64,000 nt of DNA from Octopus sinensis (taxonomy: Eukaryota): assembly GCF_006345805.1 (NCBI RefSeq), contig NC_043000.1, positions 148,366,001 to 148,430,000 on the forward strand, given 5' to 3'. The position numbers were made by a program, and so were the translations under genes. Positions 38,906 through 51,433 of this stretch are shown here, one piece after another; position 1 is the stretch's first letter, and each line of letters starts with the position of its first letter. A model generated the notes under the pieces. The model saw nothing but the letters and a program-made list of their open reading frames with translations. It was not told the origin of the DNA and made no database searches.

Positions 38906-39093
38906 TGGCTATCTGAAAAACGCTATGAAAAAATACCGTTATATAAAGGGAAATTACTGTATTATAATTCTGCTCGCGAACCCACGTGCGTACTTATACG
39001 TCACTATGAAAACGTACACATCTTCACTCGCATTTTTCGCCAAATATATATATATATATAACCTCATACACACACACACACACATAATAGCCA

Positions 39094-39154
39094 GATAACC
39101 GAAGAGATGGTGTTGTGGATTTCCACTTCGGCATCTGAAACTCAGAGTTTCATC
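39094..39154 (+). ncRNA. Hammerhead-like motif (family H1), right arm of inverted pair
   Basis: Same fold, one stem-I mismatch. Confidence 0.5.
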
Positions 39155-39175
39155 TTGACTATTGAGTAATGTAAC

Positions 39176-39235
<60 letters not shown>

Positions 39236-39673
39236 TCTTCTGTGTAATCTTCATTTCACAGTACATAGTATAGGAGATTCAAATATATAGCATACTATAA
39301 CATAATAAACAGATATTTATGATAGATGTAATCTTATTAATTTTAAAATCATAGTCAATATATTCATATATCATAATATCATAACAGTTATACTAGAGCT
39401 ACCACATTATAATTCATCATACACATAAGTACATGCGTGTGTGCAACAAATAGATGTACATGCATATATATACCTACGTACAGATATACACAAATATCTA
39501 TATGAGATTTCATTTCCTTTACATCTTAACGAAAGTATACATACATGTTACAACACCAAATTTATAATATAATTTCACAGAATATTGCGTAATAAAAGTT
39601 CGTGTATGAAGAGATAAGAGATAATCTTCATTATTCTTGTTATTCGTTATATATTAATATTAAGTGGTTTATA

Positions 39674-39689
<16 letters not shown>

Positions 39690-39730
<41 letters not shown>

Positions 39731-40148
39731 AACGGCAGTTTGTCTGTCTGTGTGTCTGTCAGGTTGTACCCTCACCCTGACCACGGCTTTCAACCGATTC
39801 TGATGAAACTTGACACACACATAGCCCAATGTCATAATTCAAAACTAACGCAGTGAAAATTTTGAAAAGTTCCCCCAGTTCTGAAAAAAAATCGATAAAT
39901 TCGACATTGGCTCGAGAATCTAAGCTTTTTATATGCAACACATTTTCTGTCTAGGGGACAGACTCGACCATTTTATCGCCCAAAGGGACAGCTAGGAACA
40001 TCGTATACACAGAAGTATTCGAGTGAAGAGAAGACATTGCAACCTGCACATGCGCCTTCGTTCCCTAGAGGGAAAAGACTACATTGGGATTAGTCGTTGC
40101 CTACTAGGGGCTCTTACATACCCGGGCAACGCCGGGCTATGCTGCTAG
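39690..40148 (+). mobile_element. Non-autonomous Helitron
   Basis: 3' hairpin CCCGGGCAACGCCGGG (40121-40136) then CTAG|T at 40145-40148; 5' end buried in (TA)n. Confidence 0.8.
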
Positions 40149-40266
40149 TATATATATATATACCGGAGTAAACACATAAATGTGAAACAAGGTGGAAAAA
40201 AGAGTACTCAAATACCAGTGGTATAGTAATATGCTTTATTTAAAGCAGCAGAAAATTCAACAAAAC

Positions 40267-40304
40267 CTGTTACTCTGAGTTTCACGTTCCCGTTCGTCGG
40301 ACAG
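40267..40304 (-). ncRNA. Minimal hammerhead-like motif (family H2), left arm of palindrome
   Basis: CTGT CCGACGA ACG-GGAA-CGT GAAA CTCAGAG TA ACAG. Confidence 0.6.
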
Positions 40305-40401
40305 TTTTTGCTAGAATAGAACCGATATATCAATTCTATCCAGACTAATATAAACGCTTAGTCTTGATAGAATTGACATATCGGTTCTATTCTAGCAAAA
40401 A

Positions 40402-40439
40402 CTGCCCGACGAACGGGAACGTGAAACTCAGAGTAACAG
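40402..40439 (+). ncRNA. Minimal hammerhead-like motif (family H2), right arm of palindrome
   Basis: CTGC CCGACGA ACG-GGAA-CGT GAAA CTCAGAG TA ACAG. Confidence 0.55.
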
Positions 40440-40472
40440 GTTTTGTTGAATTTTCTGCTGCTTTAAATAAAG

Positions 40473-40558
<86 letters not shown>

Positions 40559-41588
40559 GCATTGAGTATTTTAGTATTGCCGTCTCCTTTTTTTCTCTAA
40601 AAGCTACACAATGTCACCAAATTATTGCAGTTCATTCTTTCTTTCTCATTTTATCCCGTCTTTCTGACCGTCATTCTAGAATTTACTTTCACTTTCCGCG
40701 CATTCTGGATTGCACCCTAATAAAGAAATATGCATAATCACAACTGTGGGCTGTTTCATACTTTAGATTTTGTTTTTATTTGAACTAAAAAGCATTGTAT
40801 TATAAGATCATTAAATCCCCATTAATTAACGGCATTCTTAGTTGGGCAAAGAACTGCGCACTCAAAGAGCCGATGCATTAATTCACAGTTTTCCTGGAGG
40901 TCTGCAAAAATATGATTGCGAAAGCTTTTAAGAGATTGTCCAAGAAACACGAAATTAACTGGAATTTTTATCATCAATTATCTTGCCAATATGTTTTTTT
41001 TTCCTTTATGAATTCTTAGAAGTTCTGCATTATTCTGTCCACTCGCACTTGCTTGCATCTGAATGCACATGTTTCAAACGAATCTCAAGGTTTGAGCTTC
41101 TCAAAGTTCAATGTTCATTAATTTCTTGTGCATGGCTTTCATGTGTAGCACAGTTGAAAGAATTTTGTTCTAGTTACTAGAACACATCATCGAAATTCAA
41201 CCAAAAGTTCCATCAGATTCAGGAAATCTTCGATATGCGGTTCACTACCTCAAACAACTCGTTAGCACTAGATACTTCATCTTTACGAGGCTTGTTGGCT
41301 GGTTAGAGTATCAGTTGCATTTCTTGGTAATACAATGAAATTTTAATTCCAAGTTATATTTAAAGGTACTTTGAAGCGAGAATGTACGATTAGGCCTTTA
41401 AACTTATATTTACAGCAGTTTTTTAGTCCAGATTCATTAGTGATCCTCTTTACCGAACTCCTGATCATTGTGGTGAGTGGTGTACCAGATCGTCGGTGAA
41501 CATTATACCTTGAAATTTGTTTTTATTATGCTATAAATCACTACAATGTGAGTCTTATCCATTAAAGAAAAAAACTTGTACTGTTAAC

Positions 41589-41819
41589 CAGGGCTTTGGA
41601 GTCGAAACTATTGGCACCTCCGACTCCTATTTATGTAATTAAGTGACTGTGGTCTACATATCTCATAGACCATATTCATACGCTTGTACTTTGAGCAGGC
41701 CTATATGTTATGACTGGTTTATATTAAAGAATAAAGATATTGTGAGTCGGAGTCGGTATAGTTTTACCGACTCCGACCTCACAGCCTTAATTGTTTCCGA
41801 CTCCGACTCCACAGCCCTG
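41589..41819. mobile_element. hAT MITE
   Basis: TIRs CAGGGCTTTGGAGTCG / CGACTCCACAGCCCTG; TSD CTGTTAAC / CTGATAAC. Confidence 0.85.
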
Positions 41820-41959
41820 CTGATAACAACAGCAGAGTGTGTGTGTACAACTAACCGCATGAGTGGCGATAATTCAATAAAATGAAGTAAACATCCATGC
41901 AATATCAACACACTGTACAGAAATGCAGCAAAATTTCTTTTCGCATCTAAAAGACCAAA

Positions 41960-42180
41960 TATTGGTTTCAAATTTTGATACAAGGCTAGCAAGTTCAGGG
42001 GAGGGAGTAGGTCGATTACATCGATCCCAGTACTCAACTGGGACTTATTTTATCGACCCCAAAATGATGAACGGTAAAGTCGAGCTCGACAGATTTTGAA
42101 CTCAGAACGTAAACATGAACAAAATGCCGTTAAACATTTTACACGGCTTGCTAATAATTCTGCCTGCTCGTCGCCTTTAA
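41960..42180 (-). mobile_element. SINE family B, alternative-tail subfamily
   Basis: B core with AATATTGGTTTCAAATTTTG-type tail; similar copies at 7780-7980, 34655-35230, 48660-48885, 50000-50170, 51720-51910. Confidence 0.75.
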
Positions 42181-42559
42181 AAAACCAAATATTCAGAGAA
42201 ATTATAAAGGCTGTGCGAATACAGTGAGTAGACAGTAACTCCAACAACATACGTTTAATTGAAAGAATAAATGGGAGTAATAACGTCTCCGTAATCTCAA
42301 CCCATCACCACAACAATGCAAGAATAGATACAATACGACAAAAAAAAAAAAACTCAACAAATGTCACGTGTGTACTTTTGCTAATAACAAGTAAAACAAA
42401 TAAATAAATAGAAACCCCAAACTATACCTCGTCATCAGCTCACGTGCTTGCCATAGAGATGTAACATAATAGCATAGAACAGAAGAAAAATCAGTTGGTA
42501 GATCAAAATCATTTGAAAACCTAAACCCATTGTCTGGAAAAAGAAAAAAAAATATCACA

Positions 42560-43330
42560 AAAGAAAAAGACAACTGTGTGACTTTTCCAAAACATAACAA
42601 TACTGATGTCAACATACCGTTTTAGATCACATTTCTTAAGATTGCATTCTTGTTGCCCTCATTTGGACACGTGTTCGGATTTCTTAAATATTTCGTACAG
42701 TTTTTTAAGAATGCTCTTGGAGTGCAGTTTATACGCTTGGCCAGGTTATATTGATGTTTTTAATTCCTTTCTCTTTCAGACTCCAGATGTATTGGGACAG
42801 TGACGTGGTACGTCATTTGTCTATGCCGTTTGAAAATGATGAGTGTATTTGTTCCTACATGCTTTTTCGATTAGACACATATCATTTTCATTACTATCTG
42901 CCAAAAATACCTTGGCTCAACGCACCAGTATCTTCATTTAACATCTGCCAGAGAGAGAGAACCGAATATGATGTTGCTAGTTGTATTGAAGTGAATTTAG
43001 TTAGCTTTTACGGGGTTTTTACAATTAATTCTAGCTTTGAGGTAGGTAAGGGTTTTAGCGCAATTGTAACTGACCTTTATATTATTTTTGTTAAATAGTA
43101 TGTGGCGTTTGTGGTTACTAGAGAAATGTTTCTATGTCAATCTAAAAACTTTGTAGTTATATTGGGCGTTGCATTTATGCTAATCAAGTTGAACTTCGTT
43201 TTTCTTGCCCTACTTTTACTGATTCGGATATTGTTATGGTTTGCATGCACTGTTATTTTTTCTTTAATTCCTTTTTGCTTCGTTTGTTTTTTCTCCATTT
43301 TGAATGGCAGCGAATTCTTGAGCACCACAA
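42560..43330 (-). mobile_element. Degraded Penelope-like GIY-YIG region
   Basis: TTSLSQYIWSLKEKGIKNINITW motif. Confidence 0.6.
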
Positions 43331-43524
43331 TGTTTGAAAATTAGATTTACAAAATTCCAATCAATGTGAAAAGCGTAAAACAACCCTTTTATATATACAT
43401 ACATACATACATACATACATACATACATACATACATACATACATACATACATACATACATACGTCCACACACACACACACGCACACACACACACACACAC
43501 ACTCACACATACACATGTATATAG

Positions 43525-43930
43525 GCACAGGGGTGGCTGTGTGGTAAAAAGCTTCATTCTCATCCACGTGGTTCAATCCCACTGCGTGAGACCTTGGGCA
43601 AGTGTTTTCTTTTATAACCTCGGCCGACCAAAGCCTTGTGAGAGGATTTAGTAGACGGAAACTTAAAGAACCTCGTCGTAAATATATATATATGTCCATA
43701 TTTGTGTGTGGGTCTTCGTGTTTGTATCTGTTCCCCCTCCATCGCTTGACAACCGATGTTGGTGTGTTTACGTCCCCGTAACTTAGTAGATTGGCAAAAG
43801 AGACCGATAAAATAAGTACTAAGCTTACAAGGAATACGTCATGGGGTCAATTTCTTCGACTAAAAATCCCTATGAGGCGATGCTCCAGTATTTTCGTAGT
43901 CAAATGACTGAAACAAGTGAAAGAATGAAA
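43525..43930 (+). mobile_element. SINE family A, diverged
   Basis: Full-length diverged copy. Confidence 0.8.
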
Positions 43931-43936
43931 GAATAT

Positions 43937-44016
<80 letters not shown>

Positions 44017-46064
44017 TGCATGTATGTATGTATGTATGTATGTATGTATGTTGTATGTATGTATGTATGTATATATGTTTGCATATACGTGCGTTATATT
44101 ATGCAGTTAGATTCTATCGTTTTTTGAAACCACATGGGGAGTTAACAAAGCTGCAAGTTAAGCGATCACGTCCTGATATGACAGAATGGTGAAGACCAGA
44201 ATATCGATGATTGTATGTTTTCTCTATTAGAGCTGGTCTAGTACTGAAGAGCAATAACAACCTAGCAGTAAATACGTACCATGCCTAAGTACAACTTGCC
44301 ACTTACTGTGTAGTTTATGAGATTTTCAGAAGCTTCATTGCGACTAGTTTAATCCTTCGTTGAATTTGGAGTCAACAACAAAGATTTATTTCAATGTTTG
44401 TCTTACTGAAAGATCCTGAGATCGGTCGAATTTCCATTTTATTCTACAGTAAAATTCAGAAGGAACTGTAGTGTCGTTAATTCACTTTACCATAGAAATG
44501 CAAACGTTTGCATTTTAATAAAAAGAAAATGGCGTTCGTCATCTTACATGTTTGGCCCTCTAATGAAATACGTATGCAATATGTAAAATATGTCTTAGTT
44601 TGCATTGGGCCTTCAATTCCAGATGAAGTCGTGAGAGCGTTGTTGTAATACACTGCATGCCTTGAGCATTTTTCAGACCTGGCGAAGCCCATACCTCTTC
44701 AGGACTGACCACAGTCGATTTCTTTCTGAAGAAAAACAGAAAATGAGTAAAAGAAAACAAAGAACCGACACTAATGCAGGACTGGTCCTTTGTTTATGAC
44801 CGCAGAAGGATAAAAACAAAGTTGATTTGAAAGATTTGGAGTCAGAGCGTAGAGAACCGGAGCAGTTACTGCATAGCAACCGATTCGACGCCTTAACAAC
44901 TTTGATAATCAGCAGCTTTATGCAAAATATAGCAAGTCCTCAAAATAATGCGAACATTTTCAAGATCAACTTCTGGTCATTGCTGCTTACAAACTACAAC
45001 GGAAACGCTTTATAATTCAGCTGACAATTTTTCCTGATGAAATAGTTGCCATAGTCGTAGAAGAAATCATCCATTGTTGTGAATTTCTGTGACCAATTAG
45101 TTTAAATGGAATAGATTGTAACACATCTTATGTTTACATGTTGTTGTTGTTTTTTATCAGAACCTACGTCCAATGGTGTGGATAATTAAATAATTGAAGA
45201 CTTCTTTTAGGGAGTTGATAAGTGAAGTGGTTTCTCATTTGTTTCACTAAACTTAAAGGATGTTTGAATATTGCTCTCTTTAAAGATTATGAATCATTCA
45301 TTAATTAGTAAGAGCTACTACTCCTTGCAGTTGTGAGCTGTACCGAAACTCGGTGAATCTTTACAGCCAAATTTACTAAGTTAAGTACCTTGGCCTTGAT
45401 TTATTGTACGAGGTCAATGTTAGAATGCAAGTTAACCCTTCTTTTGGTCGGTTGTCTGGTGTCTCATTGATAAGAGTAGTTATGACCTTGCCGCAACTCT
45501 GCCAATCATTTGATATATTATTACAATTTTGCGAGTATTACATACGATGATCTAAATCTGATATCAAATGATACAACGCGTCTTGTATAATATACATATA
45601 TGTTTCTTCAAATACAAGACTGTTCAAATTTTATCTTTTTACTTTAGTTTTTTTTGGTTTTTTTAAATTATTTTTTTCTATTTACAGTTATTTCGGAACA
45701 GAAAAGTTCCTAAATTCATATTCGATGATTCCAGAACTTCACAGTCTCATTTTCAAAAGTTGATATATTTGGCGTCTGTATTCTTTCTGATTGAATTCAT
45801 GTGAACATTCCAGTCAAATGTAGTTTTCTTTTATCATTAGGCTCATATGCCAGTTGTCACTTGTCTTTAGCAGAGTCCCCGCTGTTACAGGCGTCCGAAG
45901 CATCCTTCAAACCATCTATCTTGGAGGCCCTGTAGTGAGCCAGGGGTAATTGTTTCCCTTTCCTGATTAAAAAACGAACAAAAATGTCTACATGTTTCGA
46001 TCGTTGTTTCGCTACAAATATTCCTATATCAATTTTCATGAAAGTTTTTTTTTATCTAAAATAC

Positions 46065-46478
46065 TTTACTCTTTTACTTTTTTCATTCATGTGACTGTGG
46101 TCATGCTGGAGCACCGCATTTAGACGAGCAAATCGACCCCAGGACTTATTCCTTGTAAGCCTAGTACTTATTCTATCGGTCTCTTTTGCCGAACCGCTAA
46201 GTTACGGGGACGTAAACATACCAGCATCGGTTGTCAAGCGATGTTGGGAGGGACAAACACAGACACACAAACATATACACACACATACATATATATATAT
46301 ATACATATATATACTTCGGGCTTCCTCCAGTTTCCATCTACCAAATCTACTCACAAGGCTTTGGTCGGCCAGAGGCTATAGTAGAAGACACTTGCCCAAG
46401 ATGCCACGCTGTGGGACTGAACCCGGAACCATGTGGATGGTAAGCAAGCTACTTACCACACAGCCACTCCTACGCCTA
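46065..46478 (-). mobile_element. SINE family A
   Basis: Full-length copy. Confidence 0.9.
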
Positions 46479-47034
46479 TTGAATATTATTAATTTCTAAA
46501 ATAAAGAAATAAATATCCTTACGTTCGATTTTATTTTGTTGTGGAAGTTTCCTCCTCACCGATTGAACGAAAGCTTAGTCAAAATCCACAAAAAAATCAG
46601 GAGAATGTCGAAATTTTAAAGCTAATTAGAACATTCTAGGAACTAACAGAATTTTAAAAAGAAAAACGTAAATGTCCACATCATTATTATTGTCGTAAAT
46701 TTAGAAAATGTGTTTTAATAGGCCTCATACATCATTATGAAGCGAATTCCAATATGAAATTGCTCAGTAGTTAAAATAAAGAGTAATAGCACCATAATTA
46801 AAGCATTATTATGCAGTAATGTGAAGTATGATAAGGTACTCATGATGACAATAAAACATAACAAAATCACTGGTTAAACGAAATTAGTCAAGAGTAACTG
46901 TTTTTCTGGTGTAGACTAATTTTACTACCATTTATTTTCTACCTTTTCATTTCCTGTTTGCATATTTCTCCGTAAATACATATTTGTTGGTTAGCAAATA
47001 AATAGGTTAGTGCTTAATGGTATAATTTGGATTA

Positions 47035-47817
47035 AGGCGGCAAGCTGGCAGAAACGTTAGCACGCCGAGCGAAATGCTTAGCGGTATTTCGTCTGCCGTT
47101 ACGTTGTGAGTTCAAATTCCGCCGAGGTCGACTTTGCCTTTCATCCTTTCGAGGTCGATTAAATAAGTACCAGTTACGCACTGGGGTCGATATAATCGAC
47201 TTAATCCGTTTGTCTGTCCTTGTTTGTCCTCTCTGTGTTTAGCTCCTTGTGGGTAGTAAGGAATAGAAATAGGTATTTCGTCTGCCGTTACGTTCTGAGT
47301 TCAAATTCCGCCGATGTCGACTTTGCCTTTCATCCTTTCGGGGTCGATAAATTAAATACCAGTTACGCACTGGGGTCGATGTAATCGACTTAATACCTAT
47401 GTCTGTCCTTGTTTGTCCCCTCTGTGTTTGCCCCTCGTGGGTAATAAAGATAGGTATTCGTCTGCCGTTACGTTCTGAGTTCAAATTCCGCCGAGGTAGA
47501 CTTTGCCTTTCATCCTTTCGGGGTCGATAAATCAAGTACCAGTTACGCACTGGGGTCGATGTAATCGACTTAATACCTATGTCTGTCCTTGTTGTCCCCT
47601 CTGTTTTAGCCCCTTGTGGGTAGTAAAGAAATAGGTATTTCGTCTGTCTTTACGTTCTGAGTTCAAATTCCGCCGAGGTTGACTTTACCTTTCATCCTTT
47701 CGAAGTCGATTAAATAAGTACCAGTTACGCACTGGGGTCGATATAATCGACTTAATCCGTTTGTCTGTCCTTGTTTGTCCCCTCTGTGTTTAGCCCCTTG
47801 TGGGTAGTAAAGAAATA
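47035..47817 (+). mobile_element. SINE family B tetramer (one head plus four bodies)
   Basis: Bodies start at 47084, 47273, 47454, 47635; 15-bp TSD GTATAATTTGGATTA. Confidence 0.9.
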
Positions 47818-48324
47818 TGTATAATTTGGATTAATAATACCATTTGGGCCAGTATATAATGATACAATCTGAATTTTGTCTGCTGCCACGAACGGTAATT
47901 GAGTATAGGACGATCGCGATGGCCGAAATAGTTATGTACTTTACCAAAAGTATTTCAGTATTTGGTATCATTCTTCTTAGTTCAAATCCCGATATCGATA
48001 AAATAATTTCGTTACCTCGTCATTGTAGCTATTGAAAAATACTTGTTATTTTAGATCCTTAATCAGGAACTCTATCACATACAGTTTCGGGATTTTGTTT
48101 TCCACAAACGTTCACATTAAAACCTATATATTTAATAACATATTTCAGCAATAAAGTTCCTTGATGAATTGCATTTTAATTATAGAAGGAATTTAAATAT
48201 CTTCTCTCCTGTCTGCCAATTTTAGGATGTTTTTTTTTCACTGTTTGTATACAAATAACGATATTTGTATATTACATATTAGACTGAGACACTTAGTACT
48301 TGCAAAACAATGTGGTCATTTGAT

Positions 48325-48560
48325 TTCATGAAAGAACTGGAGGGGCATTGCAGGCAGCGTTAATAATATTTATAACACTTTTTTTTCGGATGTGATCAGA
48401 CAAAATATGGGCAACACACATATGTTGTTTGAACTGTGCTGGCGACATTAATAAATGGTTTTCATATGAAAAGATATAATGGAATTTTCTGTGGAATGAA
48501 AAATGAGTTACATGGATTGTTATTTTTATATTGTCAAAACAAGGATACATGCAAAACCAA
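48325..48560 (+). mobile_element. DNA-transposon fragment, possibly Chapaev-like
   Basis: SDKIWATHICCLNC...KWF and ..DCYF motif recalled from Chapaev3-type transposases; frameshifted. Confidence 0.45.
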
Positions 48561-48955
48561 GAAAAATAATTCTTACCTAATTTTACATCCTGCTATAAAA
48601 GTCCTGCTAACCAACTGCTAAACAAAACCTTTTCTGTCTTTCTGTTAATGATTTCAGTGAAATATTGGTTTCAAATTTTGGCACTGGGTCAGCAATTTCG
48701 AGAAAGAGATAAATCAATTACATCGATCCCGGTGCTCAAATGGTACTTATTTTATCAACCCCGAAAGGATAAAAGGCAACGTTGACCTCGGTGGTATTTG
48801 AACTCAGAACGTAGAGATGGACGAAATGCTGCTAAGCATTTTGCCTTGTGTGTTAACGATTCTGCCAGCACGCTACCTTAACTTCAGGGAAATATCAGGG
48901 AGTCAGAACAAAAAATAGAACCCGTTTCATGGCTCAACAAAATTTTCTTGACCAT

Positions 48956-49358
48956 AGGCGCAGGAGTGGCTGTGTGGTAAGTAGCTTGCTAACCCACCAC
49001 ATGGTTCCGGGTTCAGTCCCACTGCGTGGCACCTTGGGCAAGTGTCTTCTACTATAGCCTCGGGCCGACCAAGCCTTGTGAGTGGATTTGGTAGATGGAA
49101 ACTGAAGAAGCCTGTCGTATATATAATATATATATATATGCATGTTGTGTGTGTGTGTGTGTTTGTCCCCCTAGCATTGCTTGACAACCGATGCTGGTGT
49201 TTGTACGTCCCCGTTAGTTAGCGGTTCGACAAAAATACGATAGAATAAGTACTGGGCTTACAAAAGAATAAGTCCCCGGTTGATTTGCTCGACTAAAGGC
49301 GGTGCTCCAGCATGGCCGCAGTCAAATGACTGAAACAAGTAAAAGAGTAAAAAGAGAA
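48956..49358 (+). mobile_element. SINE family A
   Basis: Full-length copy. Confidence 0.9.
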
Positions 49359-50477
49359 TATGCGTGATTTAACCCCCCCCCCAAAAAAAGCAACAAATTC
49401 TTAAAATTACACCTACAAGAGTGGAGCTTAATGGACACAGTATGTAACCTAAATCCACAATATCTAATTACCTTCTTGAAAGATGGTGAGCTGTTCTTCT
49501 CTCTCACATTTCTGGACTGTTTCGTGTTTGTGGAGAGAAAACGATACCAATTAGTTCAGCCGTTTTAATAGGTGCACTAAAACAAATTATTAAACTTGTG
49601 TGGTTCCATATTAGGAAATTTTTTATGTCATCGACAGTTGCATATTCAGCAACACTAAAAGTAAATAACAGAACTCTATTTCTTATATTGGCTCTAATTA
49701 GTATTCTTTTATTCTGTTATTTGTTTCAGTCATTTGACTGCGGCCATGCTGAAGCACCGCCTTTAGTCGAGTAAATCGACCCCAAGACTTATTCTTTGTA
49801 AGCCTAGTACTTATTCTATCGGCCTTACGTGTATCTTTGAAGAACTGTCTCAAAAGTTCTCGCTTAATATGTAATGGAGAAAGAATAATAGTTTTTTACT
49901 TTTTCTATTCTTTTTTGCTTTTGAACACCAGTGAAAATATTTCGCAATATAATGACTTCTCTTCTAAGACGGTGATCTGACAGAATGTGCATCGGAAAAA
50001 TACATTGTAATATTTGTTCCGGCACTGTACTGCCTTCATTCAAATCCTGCCGGTGTCATCTTTGGTATTTAACCTTCCGACCTTGATAAAATATGATACC
50101 AGTCAAGTAGTAGGCTCGATATAATCGACTATTCCCCTCTCCTCAAAACTACTGCTTTTGTGCCAAAAATTAGAAACAATTACGATTTCTTTTTGAGGCC
50201 AATTTTTGCATGTGCACTGATAAGTGCGAACATCTTGTAAAAGAAACCGCAGAACACTGTGCAACTTTGGTGTAATAATGTTAAGATGGTTACAACTTTT
50301 TAAGTTGTATAGCTATATAGACGCAAGAGTGGCTCTGTGGTAAGTAGGTTGCTAACCAACCACATGGTTCCGGGTTCAGTCCCACTGCGTGGCCCTTGGG
50401 CAAGTGTCTTCTACTATAGCCTCGGCCGATCAAAGCCTTGTCGTGGATTTGGTAGACGGAACCTGAAAGGCCCGACG

Positions 50478-50512
<35 letters not shown>

Positions 50513-51398
50513 ATGTGTTTTAGCGTTTGACGCCCCCCCAACATCACTTGACATTTTTCTGTTTTAAACAATGTATCTTGATTGGTTTATGCGAGGTAGC
50601 CGAAAACTTCTGGACGGCCATTTTCGGTGGTCGTCTCGCATCTTCTCCTCTCATTCAGAACCCCTACTACAAAATATAATGATTAGGTATGGAAATGACT
50701 CTAACAGGGCCTATGTTTCATCTGTAAAAATCGCAATGTGAAACATCCACTTATAAGTTGACAATAGTAGAAATTTACAATAGTTTAAAGTGGTCGAAGA
50801 CTTTTGCACGGAACTGTACAATGTGACATTAATGGTCAGAACTTCAAACGTCGTAGATGTCCTAAACACATGGATTTTTCTTTTAATCTCTAACATAGTA
50901 AGCTGAACTGCTGGAATATTTGTATCAAAACTACACATGAACTGGAATATCAAACGTAAATATTTGTTAATTTTTTTTGTTATAGATGAAAAACGAGAGT
51001 CATAAATGGTTCAAACGTTATCCTACATTTAAAGCTTAATAAGTAAAAAAAAATTGCAATTTGAATCCTTGGAACATCACGTCTTCACTATATATATATA
51101 TATATATATATATGTAAATGAGTAGCGTAAGGTGTGAATTCAGAGAATCGTACGCCACGATTGTATTATACAATGCTGACCATACTTATTAATGCAAACT
51201 TGTACGCATTTCTTCCATACTGAAATTGATACTGCATGAAGAAGGTTGCAAAACGGCCATAACCTTATGGAAATTACGTGGTTAAATCAAATATATTTCA
51301 TTTCTCATGCCTCCTGACTTTATTTATGTGACCTTGTGACTACCGCTGGCGATTTTTTTTCCTCTGTCTTCCCTTCTCGGGATCTTTCCTTCTCCTAT

Positions 51399-51433
51399 GT
51401 TTTCCGACGAAGAGCTCCGCTCGAAACGTTAAC
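51399..51433 (+). ncRNA. Minimal hammerhead-like motif (family H3)
   Basis: GTTTT CCGACGA A GAGC-TCC-GCTC GAAA CG TT AAC; duplicated at 56485-56519. Confidence 0.45.

Larger units (their letters stand above)
40163..40473. mobile_element. Palindromic non-autonomous element (H2), probably Penelope-derived
   Basis: 115-bp inverted arms 40233-40347 / 40359-40473; flanked by (TA)n. Confidence 0.8.

Noticed and set aside
40770-41560. Possible hAT transposase relics (also 44600-45100)
   Set aside because: Too degraded to support a call
42780-42807. Plus-strand AG..GT mini-exon
   Set aside because: Lies within a minus-strand Penelope GIY-YIG fragment
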